51,356 nucleotides of DNA from positions 1-51,356 of the IMG/VR virus record IMGVR_UViG_3300001202_000003. The stretch is one strand, 5' to 3'. This DNA comes from a virus. Of the stretch, positions 35,410-44,408 are shown piece after piece; within the stretch, counting starts at the first letter, position 1, and every line of letters begins with the position of its first letter. The position numbers were made by a program, and so were the translations under genes. The notes under the pieces were generated by a model that was given only the letters and a program-made list of their open reading frames with translations, did no database searches and was not told where the DNA came from.

Positions 35410-35556
35410 AAAATTAGTGGTCGGAACCTTCTCATTCCGGGGTGTGACTTGTTCGTTTCAGTGCTTCGCTTCGCTGTGGCGATCTGGCGATCGCCTCTGG
35501 CTCACTATGGCACTTACACTAAGTCAACCCGCTCATTCATTCCGCCCAAATTTTAA
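35410..35556 (-). repeat. E3: GC-rich structured intergenic element, copy 3 of 5 (minus orientation, sense to the minus-strand operon)
   Basis: On the minus strand: AAAATTTGGGCGGAA ... GGTTGAC ... GGCGATC-gcca-GATCGCC-ACAGCGAAGCGAAGC ... AAGTCAC ... AAGGTTCCGACC. It fills the gap between ORFs 35566 and 35388. Confidence 0.85.
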
Positions 35557-35565
35557 ACTCTCGTA

Positions 35566-35835
35566 TTAATGATTTTCTAATTCGCGGTACATAGTGACTA
35601 TTTTATAACCTTTTATACTACGGTCATACATTATACTGTTATACTTTTTACCTTTTTCTAGAGCAAGTTTTTCATTAATGACAGGTATAAAATTACCAAC
35701 ATAGCTTATTCTACTAAAGTTAAAAGCATTTTGTAAATACTTAGGATGGCCGTACCCTTCTCTAATAAATTCTACAAAACGTTTTTCTTTTTCAGTTAAC
35801 TGTGTTGCTGTTGTGTTCATCATCGCAGTATTCAT
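35566..35835 (-). CDS. Hypothetical protein, 89 aa
   Basis: ORF packed 4 nt after the upstream gene. Confidence 0.55.
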   Translation of the reverse strand: MNTAMMNTTATQLTEKEKRFVEFIREGYGHPKYLQNAFNFSRISYVGNFIPVINEKLALEKGKKYNSIMYDRSIKGYKIVTMYRELENH

Positions 35836-35839
35836 AACA

Positions 35840-37213
35840 TTACTCCATTGATTTAAAAGTTTCTTCTGCTAGCATTTGATCAAGCATTTCCATGCTTGTA
35901 GATGTTTGTGCTTTTTCTTTAGGCATAGGCGGTATTAGCATATCGATTTGAATAGTACCTTTTTGGGTACTTTGTTTTTTACTCTCTCGAACGCAGTAGC
36001 CACGTGTTATAAACTCATTAACAGTTTCTTCAAAATCGCGACCGGACATATCTCTTAGCATGTCAGCTTTAATAGCACTGACAGTAACACCCATAGGCCA
36101 AGAATTATCTAGCATTTCTTTAAAACGTTGTTTAGCTAATGAAAGTTTATCTAGACCTATTTCACCTAGCGACTGTGCCATTGTTTTCTCTGTCTCACAT
36201 AAAATTCTATGAGCATCTATTATATCAATCTTTTCAATAGTAGTGCGCATTTCACCCGCGGCTAGTAACATAGCTACTTTATGCAGGTGGTCTAACCTTC
36301 TAGCTTCATACGCCAAAAACCTACTGTCATTAATATCAGGTTTAAATTCCTTATACAGCTTAGCTATTAAAGCAACACAATCCTCTGCTATGTTAAATTC
36401 TTGTGAAAGGTTTGATACCTCTGCTAAAGTATTGCCTAGCAATTCACCTTTAGTTTCGTCTAAATCAGGTACTGGGTACACTGGTGCGCTAGGCTTACCT
36501 TCATAAACCATAATAACACGTGAGCTAAAACCGTGGCCAATGCTACTAGGAGGTAAATGCGTAGCCAAACCTGTTGGAGTAGCACAACCTATTAAATTTA
36601 AACATGGTTTGTATATATACTTACTTTCTTTAGAAAGCGCATATTCATATTTATCTTTAGGATTATATATCTCTGTGAGCATACCAATCATTTCAACTTG
36701 GTTTTGTCCTATGAGATTAATTAATTCATCTGCTACGATATACAATTCACTAGGAGGTTTTTTTTCTTTTACCTTTTTCCTAGCTTTACTAAAAGCATCG
36801 TTTATCTTACTTTCGTTAGATATTTCATTAAAAATACTATCACTTAAACCTGCCTCGTTAAGCTCTTCTTGTAACCTAGGTTTTTCGTAGTGATTAAAGA
36901 ATGATGTAATGATGCCTTGTTTCTTACCAGCTGTATCAGTAGGTCCGAATTTAATATCAGTATACTTTGAGATAACGCCTTGCATTAAATCAGAAGCTGT
37001 AGATTTACGCACGGCTGATGGACCTATTAAAAGAATATACATGTTAGGATAAAAAACTAAGCGGCCAACTTTTAAAGTACTACGTCTACCGAGACAAGCC
37101 GCAATACCACTTAAACCTGTCCATAGTGACATGATAAAAGGTGTTTCCCCGCCCCCGCAATAACTTAACCATTCTTTAATAAAAGAATTATTTAGTTCTT
37201 TTTCGCTAAGCAT
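35840..37213 (-). CDS. P-loop NTPase, DUF3987-like; putative replicative helicase or primase-associated protein
   Basis: Walker A LLIGPSAVRKSTAS is preceded by SLWTGLSGIAACLGRR...VFYPNMY. That arrangement matches DUF3987 or D5-type phage and plasmid helicases as I recall them. Confidence 0.45.
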   Translation of the reverse strand: MLSEKELNNSFIKEWLSYCGGGETPFIMSLWTGLSGIAACLGRRSTLKVGRLVFYPNMYILLIGPSAVRKSTASDLMQGVISKYTDIKFGPTDTAGKKQGIITSFFNHYEKPRLQEELNEAGLSDSIFNEISNESKINDAFSKARKKVKEKKPPSELYIVADELINLIGQNQVEMIGMLTEIYNPKDKYEYALSKESKYIYKPCLNLIGCATPTGLATHLPPSSIGHGFSSRVIMVYEGKPSAPVYPVPDLDETKGELLGNTLAEVSNLSQEFNIAEDCVALIAKLYKEFKPDINDSRFLAYEARRLDHLHKVAMLLAAGEMRTTIEKIDIIDAHRILCETEKTMAQSLGEIGLDKLSLAKQRFKEMLDNSWPMGVTVSAIKADMLRDMSGRDFEETVNEFITRGYCVRESKKQSTQKGTIQIDMLIPPMPKEKAQTSTSMEMLDQMLAEETFKSME

Positions 37214-37243
37214 TATTGTTATCTCCGCCGATTGCTTAACTTA

Positions 37244-37948
37244 TTAATTCGTTGTTTTAAACAAGCCTTCGATTATATTTTCAGCTTGCTGTTTTAAATT
37301 CTCTAAATTAGATTGGTTATCTACGGCAAACATTTCGTGAGAAAAATTCATTTGATTTGAACTTTTATCTTCTAAAGGAACACGGTCTGATGCATCTACA
37401 TAAAATATAACATCGAAGACATTTTCTTTAATACAGGCTACGTACTCGTGGGGATTCCTCATGCCTGTGTAGATGTTATAACATCTAGTAAGCTCTTTGC
37501 CCAAATGAGCCATGCCGTGTTCTTTATTATAATCAGCTATGCATTCAAACCAAAAACTACGGTGATTATACCTATCATTATAGCACTCTTCTTTGGTTTT
37601 ATAGGGGCTAAAGTTAGGCTGTGCTGCGCACTTTTCAAACTTACCTAATACGTATTCCGTCATAAACCAACTACTACTACAGGAAGTTAAAATATTACCA
37701 CTAGCTTCGCGTAGCATTTCTGCAAACGTATCTTTACCGTGCCCAGCATGGCCTAGTATTAATATTTTAACTCCATTAAGATTTAATTTTTCTTCTTGTT
37801 TTATTTCGTGGTTACTGCAATAAAATGGATTAACTAATTTTAATCCAGCAAATAATTCTCTCTGACTTTTATTATTTAAAAGGAAATTAGGAGTTAATTC
37901 TGCTAGCATTTTTTGCTGGGGATTTTTAGTCATGTGTGGTTCAATCAT
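37244..37948 (-). CDS. Deoxynucleoside monophosphate kinase-like protein (T4 gp1-like P-loop)
   Basis: ILILGHAGHGKDTFAEML resembles the GxxxSGKDTxA loop of the phage dNMP kinase family. Confidence 0.45.
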   Translation of the reverse strand: MIEPHMTKNPQQKMLAELTPNFLLNNKSQRELFAGLKLVNPFYCSNHEIKQEEKLNLNGVKILILGHAGHGKDTFAEMLREASGNILTSCSSSWFMTEYVLGKFEKCAAQPNFSPYKTKEECYNDRYNHRSFWFECIADYNKEHGMAHLGKELTRCYNIYTGMRNPHEYVACIKENVFDVIFYVDASDRVPLEDKSSNQMNFSHEMFAVDNQSNLENLKQQAENIIEGLFKTTN

Positions 37949-37963
37949 TTTAGTTGTTTTCTT

Positions 37964-38001
37964 TTTAAAAAAACAAGGTCAGCTTTACCTGTTACCTTGT
38001 T
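37964..38001 (-). terminator. Rho-independent terminator after ORF 38055..38723
   Basis: On the minus strand: AACAAGGT-14 nt-ACCTTGTT followed by T7. A second hairpin AATGCTTA/TAAGCATT lies at 38009-38040. Confidence 0.7.
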
Positions 38002-38054
38002 AATTCTTAATGCTTACAGGGAGGAGATAAAATAAGCATTAATTCAAATAGGTA

Positions 38055-38723
38055 TTAACTGTCTCCGTTGTCGACTATTTCAATTTCAACAACAGGTGCG
38101 ATATTAATTTTTTCTTTAACACAACAAAATAGGTCAGTAATTTTTTCATGGAACTCACGGCTGTCAACATTGCCTGTAAAGCCACCGAAAATTCCTGGAC
38201 CATTACCACCGCGGTAACGAATTGAACTAGTACCACGTGATTTAAACGGAGAATTTTTACTATCGATACCATCACAGCAAAGATCAGTAAAGTGTGGGCG
38301 GTTCATTTCATTAGTAACAGTGTTAATTGCAGAAGTTGTTAATACAGGTACTTGGCCGGGACAATTAGGGTCGTTGCTGTCTTCCATTTCGACCTGACCA
38401 CATTTAACTTGTTGCCACAAAAATTCGCCATTAGCGTTAGTAGCTTGCGCAGGTTTAAGAGGTACTACGAAACCAACTTGCTCGATAACTTCACAACCAC
38501 AACGATCTACTGGAGAGATTGCAAACATGATAGCATCTAGTGTTGCTTCTACGGCAGCCTTAGCTTCTGCTGTCATAGGGATGTCATCGAAACAAGGTGC
38601 GCATTCTAGACAATCACAAGGATTGGCAATATTACTACGGCATTCTTGTACATCGAATTTTAACAGGTGGGCAGCAAACTTCACGTGATGGAGTAGGTCC
38701 ACAATGCGGTAAACTTGGTGCAT
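38055..38723 (-). CDS. Cys-rich hypothetical protein, 222 aa as listed; its true 5' end may lie at 38754 in another frame
   Basis: Long ORF with no ribosome-binding site at 38723. A 39-codon Cys-rich ORF (38635..38754) with better start context overlaps its 5' end. Confidence 0.6.
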   Translation of the reverse strand: MHQVYRIVDLLHHVKFAAHLLKFDVQECRSNIANPCDCLECAPCFDDIPMTAEAKAAVEATLDAIMFAISPVDRCGCEVIEQVGFVVPLKPAQATNANGEFLWQQVKCGQVEMEDSNDPNCPGQVPVLTTSAINTVTNEMNRPHFTDLCCDGIDSKNSPFKSRGTSSIRYRGGNGPGIFGGFTGNVDSREFHEKITDLFCCVKEKINIAPVVEIEIVDNGDS

Positions 38724-38770
38724 CGTTTTCGCAACCAGTTCTAAAATTAGACATGATATTAATTCTTTCT

Positions 38771-41575
38771 TTAAATGAGGTTTTCATCTTTGTAATTAGT
38801 AAGTAGCTTACGAGTAATATCACTAGCACTGTCAGTACGTTTAACTTCTGGCATTGCTTTAGACCAACGATGGCCCACGTTTACTTCACAAGGTACAACG
38901 TAATCAACTCCGTTAAAGTTACACTGTAACTCCATCATTGTCAAGATGTAATTTACGATATCATTTTTTAGTAATACTTCAATGGGAACTTGAAAAGTCA
39001 AACTATCATGTGTTTGTAAAAGTAGCTCAATTTGATTTTCTCGCATGAAATAATTATCATAGTAAAGCCTTAACATTGCTTCATTAATCATGCCAGCAGT
39101 ACCACCTTGACCGTAGAAAGCAAGCAGAGCACGCATTAATGACTGGTGTTCTTTAGGTCTTCGCCATTCATCAAAGTAACAAGTTAAGCCACCGAAACAG
39201 GTCATATAGCCTTTGTTCTCAACACACTCATTTACTAGTTCTGTGCGCCACTCATGCTGTCTTGGGTAAGCTTCAAAATATGGGATAAGTAATGTGTCAC
39301 ACAGTTCGTAATACTCTTTACGTGTCCAGTTTTTTGTATCAATACCTAATTGTTTTGCAGCAGCGTTAAGACTTTCACGTGAAGCGTTTAAATAAGCTGT
39401 CGGTGGTGTCATGCCATAGTTTCCACCGTGTGAGAGTTTTTTAATAATCTGTCTACGCCCTGTTAGAGGGTGATTTATTAAATCATTATCTTCTTTATTA
39501 TCGCTCTTACGTAGTCGCATAACTTCATCATACGGCATTTTTAATATCATTTCAACATGAACACTGTGCGTATCTCTATCGTCAAAGATATTATTCATCA
39601 TGTTTTTGTCACCACAGGCAACAGCGAAATGATAAATATCAGCTTGAGAGTAATCAATATCTATTAGCACTTTCCCTGCATCAGCGACAATAAAAGACCG
39701 CATTACAGCAGGAATGTTCTGGGCATTAGTACCATCCCAAAAAGCCGAGCCAGAACTAGCAAGCCTGCCAGTATACGGAGTGAGAGAATAGTTATAGTGA
39801 AAACTACTACTACCATCGTAATTTCTGCGTGTAAGCTTATGATTACTGTACATATCAACACGTTTTTGATGTTCGCGTTGTTTACCTATTAATGAAATAG
39901 CTGCGTCATATATTGGATGTACTTCTGACACTAGTTTAAGTTGTTTCTGATCTATTGAATAAGCAGACTTGCGGCCAGCTTTCTTAGGCGGTGGTGGAGC
40001 GAGAAGCGTGTTGTACAGCCAGTCTATACATTCTGCATCTGTATTTGTTTCAATAATACCATCACTAGCAATTTGTAAATCAAGTAATGCTTTTTCAGCT
40101 TCGTATTTATCTTTATTTACTAATTGTTTTAGTCTGTCTTTGTCAGCCCGTGTGCCAATATAAGACATTTCTAGAATAGGACCGCGAGAAAGGGCGTATT
40201 CTTTACCGTAATTGTATAAAAACCTATTATCTTTAGTAAGATAAGGCACGATGTTTAGAAAGTTTTTAAGAGTATGATAGGTATCAAGACCAGCGTAACG
40301 CCAGTAAGTAAGTACACCTTTGCGCGTCGTGGGGATAGAATACTTCGTGTTTGATTTCTTTTCATCAGCTCCACCTTTAATCTCATCTTTCCAGTAGTAG
40401 TAATCTGTATTAAATATACTACTAACAGCAGCTAAACTTTTGGGCATTTGTGCTCGCATACTGTGCCACATTAACATTGTGTCGTGATTAATACCTAATG
40501 GTGGTATGTTGTATTTAAGCATGTAATGTAGGTCATAGTTTCCGTTATGCCATACTTTTACTTTATCATTTTGCACAATCCATTTTAGCATTAGTATAAA
40601 ACAGGGTGCGGTCATATGTTGATTTTTTTCAGCGACTGGAGATATATGAGGTACTACGTATGTTTTAATATTTTTATCTTTGTCTATACCTGTGACGGAT
40701 ATACAGCTAATAAAACCTAGACTTGTTTCTAGGTCTAAAGCTAATATTTCCTGTTCGTCAATCCAGCGTTTAAACTTGGCACTATTATCCCATACGTTTT
40801 TGTCAAAGTCATTATGATGTGCTGATACGTAATATTTGTTATCTTCTACATTGTAATCACCGTAAACAATTTCAAAGTTATCATCGAAATGATTGTAGCA
40901 TGTTTTTGGATTATCATATATGCGTTTAAGTTTGTTTAAATCGTATTCAAAGAATTGAATATCTTGGGCTTTATTGTTTTCGTATTTTCCGGTGGCTTGC
41001 GCGTAGCTTGGCACATAACATTTACTAGCATCGTTAATGACCAAAGCTGGAATGCCGCTGAACAAGCTATTAGTATACACAGAACCACGGAAAGCGCTAA
41101 GAGTTTTTTTAGTGCCATGACCAGTGGTAGAATGTAGTAAAGTAGCGAGAACAGCAAAATCATTAATAACTATACAAGTAGTGTCGTAGAGGTAACTAGA
41201 AATAAGCTCATTAATATTATCCTCTGCGGTTTTGGTAACATAATATGTAGCCTTGGTTTTCTTTTTCAATTCCATTAAAGGTTTGTGTTTTTTAACTTCA
41301 AGGAATTTGATTTTGTTTTTTAAATGAGGTGCTATTTCAGCGATTTTATTATAAACATATTTTTTACGTTTGGAATTATCGCCGCTACCCATAAGCCAAA
41401 GAATATACCCGCCTTCTTTTTGAATGTGTAGCGATGTATTATTAACACGCTGTTCTGCGATAGACGCAAAATCTTCTTCTGTCATAAAGTGCTGAGGGAT
41501 GTGAGGTAACACGTGTGGGTTTTCCTGTTGATATTGGCTTAAGCCTGTGTTCTTAACCTTCGGCATCGGCTTCAT
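38771..41575 (-). CDS. Family A DNA polymerase with a 3'-5' exonuclease domain and a ~300-aa N-terminal extension
   Basis: Exo I ILALDLETS, Exo III-like HNGNYDLHYM, Pol motif A IDYSQADIY, motif B RRQIIKKLSHGGNYGMT, motif C LLQTHDSLTF. The start is ambiguous (ATG at 41575 or 41566, or the track start at 41620) and overlaps the upstream ORF. Confidence 0.93.
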   Translation of the reverse strand: MKPMPKVKNTGLSQYQQENPHVLPHIPQHFMTEEDFASIAEQRVNNTSLHIQKEGGYILWLMGSGDNSKRKKYVYNKIAEIAPHLKNKIKFLEVKKHKPLMELKKKTKATYYVTKTAEDNINELISSYLYDTTCIVINDFAVLATLLHSTTGHGTKKTLSAFRGSVYTNSLFSGIPALVINDASKCYVPSYAQATGKYENNKAQDIQFFEYDLNKLKRIYDNPKTCYNHFDDNFEIVYGDYNVEDNKYYVSAHHNDFDKNVWDNSAKFKRWIDEQEILALDLETSLGFISCISVTGIDKDKNIKTYVVPHISPVAEKNQHMTAPCFILMLKWIVQNDKVKVWHNGNYDLHYMLKYNIPPLGINHDTMLMWHSMRAQMPKSLAAVSSIFNTDYYYWKDEIKGGADEKKSNTKYSIPTTRKGVLTYWRYAGLDTYHTLKNFLNIVPYLTKDNRFLYNYGKEYALSRGPILEMSYIGTRADKDRLKQLVNKDKYEAEKALLDLQIASDGIIETNTDAECIDWLYNTLLAPPPPKKAGRKSAYSIDQKQLKLVSEVHPIYDAAISLIGKQREHQKRVDMYSNHKLTRRNYDGSSSFHYNYSLTPYTGRLASSGSAFWDGTNAQNIPAVMRSFIVADAGKVLIDIDYSQADIYHFAVACGDKNMMNNIFDDRDTHSVHVEMILKMPYDEVMRLRKSDNKEDNDLINHPLTGRRQIIKKLSHGGNYGMTPPTAYLNASRESLNAAAKQLGIDTKNWTRKEYYELCDTLLIPYFEAYPRQHEWRTELVNECVENKGYMTCFGGLTCYFDEWRRPKEHQSLMRALLAFYGQGGTAGMINEAMLRLYYDNYFMRENQIELLLQTHDSLTFQVPIEVLLKNDIVNYILTMMELQCNFNGVDYVVPCEVNVGHRWSKAMPEVKRTDSASDITRKLLTNYKDENLI

Positions 41576-41900
41576 TAAATCTTTTAATATCTGAACTTTG
41601 AGGCATTGATGAATACACAACTACGTCAGCTGTAAGTCGGATAGTTTCTGTATTAGACTGTAGCTTTAGTTCTTTAACATTAACTACTTTGGCGTAAGCT
41701 GAAAAATCTGTCTGGTCGTTGATATTATCTTCTACAATAGCGTATAGTAAAGAATTTTGGCCAGCAGACGTTTGCTTAAACACGATATCTTCAACCAGCA
41801 CCATGCGATCTAGTTCTTTTTCAGTGTTTATAATTTTATTACTATTATAATCTACACGAATAAAATTAAGTTTAAGTTTTAATGTTTTATTAGCAGTCAT
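41553..41900 (-). CDS. Hypothetical protein, 115 aa
   Basis: ORF in the minus-strand block. Confidence 0.55.
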   Translation of the reverse strand: MTANKTLKLKLNFIRVDYNSNKIINTEKELDRMVLVEDIVFKQTSAGQNSLLYAIVEDNINDQTDFSAYAKVVNVKELKLQSNTETIRLTADVVVYSSMPQSSDIKRFNEADAEG

Positions 41901-41928
41901 GGTAGTACTTTCTTAAATGATTTAAGTT

Positions 41929-42038
41929 AGAGGCGGCTCCTAAATAGGGCGCCGCCTCTCATCCTGATTAATGAATAATGCCCTTTTTTATAGGGGGAGG
42001 CAAGGGCATTACCAGTAGGGGGTACAGTATTAATCAGG
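41929..42038 (-). other. Cluster of GC-rich stem-loops 3' of ORF 42030..42698; possible terminator or mRNA-stabilising structures
   Basis: AGAGGCGGC/GCCGCCTCT at 41929-41959. AATGCCCTT/AAGGGCATT at 41977-42010, nested inside CCTGATTAAT/ATTAATCAGG at 41963-42038. No clean T-run follows, so these are not canonical terminators. Confidence 0.4.
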
Positions 42039-42698
42039 AATTACTGTGAAGTCGCCAAGTAGGTTAATACGGCTATCAACACGTTCATTGCCATCAGCAG
42101 TAGTATAGCGATTGTGAACCATTTCAGCGGTGTATTTACTACCGACAGTAGCATCCATTAACTCAGCAATACCGTTTTCACTTTCAGCATCGATGCCGTC
42201 ATAAACTTCCTTGCCGATAATCTTACTACAATATGTTACTAGCTGATTAAGGCCTGATTGTTTAATGGTACCATTTTCATCTGGAAGGCCATCATTGCCA
42301 AACATGATATTAGTAACTTCCTTTTTGCCAACGTATGACTGCATTTGCTCATTAGTAACAACCTTACCCTTGTCATTAACATACTTGCTTTCAGGATCAA
42401 CAGCGATGATAGTGCTGACAATCGAAAGCATTAATGCTTCTTGACCTTGGTGCGGGTGGTCATCTGCTTTAATAGAATAGTTACCTTGTTTAATCTCGTC
42501 AACGGTGAAGGCGTAAATGCCTTTTGGTTTAAGACCACCTTCAATTAGTTGAGCATCCGCAAGTTTATTACCAAGCAGTGTTTCCATTGTTAGAGGACCA
42601 GTAGACGTTAAAGTCTGAGACTCTACAGGGGATTCGTTATTAGTTGTAGCGGCTGTATCGCCACCTCCAGTATTTCCAAACATATTATTTCCTTTCAT
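42030..42698 (-). CDS. Hypothetical, probably highly expressed protein, 222 aa; an ssDNA-binding role is possible from context only
   Basis: Flanked by tandem repeats upstream and stem-loops downstream. Lies next to a Sak4-like ATPase. No SSB motif recognised. Confidence 0.55.
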   Translation of the reverse strand: MKGNNMFGNTGGGDTAATTNNESPVESQTLTSTGPLTMETLLGNKLADAQLIEGGLKPKGIYAFTVDEIKQGNYSIKADDHPHQGQEALMLSIVSTIIAVDPESKYVNDKGKVVTNEQMQSYVGKKEVTNIMFGNDGLPDENGTIKQSGLNQLVTYCSKIIGKEVYDGIDAESENGIAELMDATVGSKYTAEMVHNRYTTADGNERVDSRINLLGDFTVIPD

Positions 42699-42716
42699 GT
42701 TATGGATAAGTGAACT

Positions 42717-42764
42717 TTATTGTTAAACTTTTATTGTTAAACTTTTATTGTTAAACTTTTATTG
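42717..42764 (-). repeat. Tandem 14-bp repeat, 3 copies plus a partial fourth (plus strand TTATTGTTAAACTT; minus strand AAGTTTAACAATAA), in the leader of ORF 42030..42698
   Basis: Read directly. The partial fourth copy contains the stop codon of ORF 42759..43715. Confidence 0.95.
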
Positions 42765-43715
42765 GAATTTAATGTCTTTACCGCTAAGCAAACATATTGC
42801 AGGCATTTCTTTCTCATCTAAGTGATTACCTTCTACGGGAACACTGGCTTCCCTACAATATTCTTTCCATGTCCATGAAGGAAATTCAAATGTATCAGGC
42901 CTAAGCTTTGCTGCACCGCCAGCTCTATTATTAGCCGGCCTGCTATCGATAATAGTTTTAGTCGCGTCTTTGTTATGCCGGAACCATAGTACATCGGATA
43001 AAACCGCAGGTAACTTACTTGCATGATTACCTGACGACGACAACACTTGTGTTATTAATGCTTTTTTAGTAACAGCACCTTCTTTAACCTCGCGTTCATA
43101 ATCGTCTTGATGCCCTGACATTATAACGTGACAAGGCAACTTATTAATACAGCTAAGTATGTTATCCAGAACAAGATTAGCATAACCAAAGTATGAAAAT
43201 TTGTTTTTATCGTTTGTGAGTTTTCCTTCGAAGGGATTAATGCCGTTAGCTTGTTGGTATTCACTGGCCACGTCCTTTACAACTGCTGTCCAACTATCAA
43301 TAAATAAAACATCTTTACGTGAAAGTTTAGACAGATCAACACATAGATAATCTTTATCTTCTTTAACTTTATTAAAAGATATTTCATTACCGCTTTCATA
43401 ATCGAATATAAATTCTTGCTTTTCGAATAGTAGCGTTAGAAATAGTAAGAAACTAGTACTAGTTGGATTAGGATTTAAAGCGATTGGGATTATGTGTACA
43501 TTATTGTGAACGTTTTCAGGTAGTTGGTTTAGTATTCCTGTGTTGCGATCACCGTTTAGTAAATACACGTTATGTGTTTCCCCAGCCGTACCCGCCCACC
43601 AAGTTTTCCTTGACTTGGCAGGACCGTATATTAATACACGTGTAGGGTCTCTTGATGGGTCCGCCGAGCTACTGCTCTCACCAAACTTAGTACGTAATTT
43701 TGAAAAATCTACCAT
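42759..43715 (-). CDS. AAA_24 / Sak4-like recombination ATPase
   Basis: Walker A RVLIYGPAKSRKTWWAG, Walker B-like VLFIDSW. Size and context fit a recombination module. Confidence 0.6.
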   Translation of the reverse strand: MVDFSKLRTKFGESSSSADPSRDPTRVLIYGPAKSRKTWWAGTAGETHNVYLLNGDRNTGILNQLPENVHNNVHIIPIALNPNPTSTSFLLFLTLLFEKQEFIFDYESGNEISFNKVKEDKDYLCVDLSKLSRKDVLFIDSWTAVVKDVASEYQQANGINPFEGKLTNDKNKFSYFGYANLVLDNILSCINKLPCHVIMSGHQDDYEREVKEGAVTKKALITQVLSSSGNHASKLPAVLSDVLWFRHNKDATKTIIDSRPANNRAGGAAKLRPDTFEFPSWTWKEYCREASVPVEGNHLDEKEMPAICLLSGKDIKFQ

Positions 43716-43735
43716 TAGAATTTATTTTCCTTTAA

Positions 43736-44026
43736 TTAAAAATACCAAGTAAAAAATAGTAATACGTTTAATACTAAAGATACCGTCAAAATAGACCAAA
43801 GCCATTTTATTTCATCTTCTTGCCTACTAATAATATCTTTTTTAGTACTAACTAATTTAGCGTAACAGTTAGAAGATTCTTTCTCTTGTTTGATATCTTG
43901 CTCAAATCTAACTTTTTCGCGATCAAGTTTATTTTGATTGTAGTTAGCGCGTGATAACTGCTTAGTATACGCTGTATAAATATCAGCTTTAGTATTTTTA
44001 AGTGTAATTTTCTCTGTGTTGGACAT
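43736..44026 (-). CDS. Small protein with a C-terminal transmembrane helix, 96 aa
   Basis: WLWSILTVSLVLNVLLFFTWYF. Confidence 0.5.
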   Translation of the reverse strand: MSNTEKITLKNTKADIYTAYTKQLSRANYNQNKLDREKVRFEQDIKQEKESSNCYAKLVSTKKDIISRQEDEIKWLWSILTVSLVLNVLLFFTWYF

Positions 44027-44055
44027 TTTGTAGTTACCTTAGTTGTTATGTTTTG

Positions 44056-44319
44056 TTAATTATTTTTTGGTATTACGGCACCGTGTTTTTGGGCCAACTC
44101 TTCGACTTTGTTTTCAACAGTGTTACTAGCACATTTGCTGCATAAAAAAGGCACATTACCGTTTGGTAAGTTATTGTTAAAGACTATAACTTTACGCTCT
44201 ATGTTTAAACAATTTTCAATAGTAATACGTGACTTAGACGTTTTAAATCGTTGTACTTTTGGGCAGCGCTTGCCGTTAAAAGTACCAACACAAACGGCTC
44301 TAACAGGTGCTATTGACAT
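44056..44319 (-). CDS. Zinc-ribbon-like small protein, 87 aa
   Basis: Cys pairs CVGTFNGKRC and CSKC. Confidence 0.5.
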   Translation of the reverse strand: MSIAPVRAVCVGTFNGKRCPKVQRFKTSKSRITIENCLNIERKVIVFNNNLPNGNVPFLCSKCASNTVENKVEELAQKHGAVIPKNN

Positions 44320-44408
44320 GGAGGTGTTTCCTAGTGAGTTTTATAAATACTTAAGAAAATTTATTCTACGCGAAGCTACTGCGTGTCGTGTTTTTAAATT
44401 TTTACGCA

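Noticed and set aside
35294-35569. 91-aa plus-strand ORF in the track spanning element E3
   Set aside because: It runs antisense to the operon and overlaps the SLT gene start. It exists only because the GC-rich element lacks stop codons. The sequence is explained better as the structured repeat.
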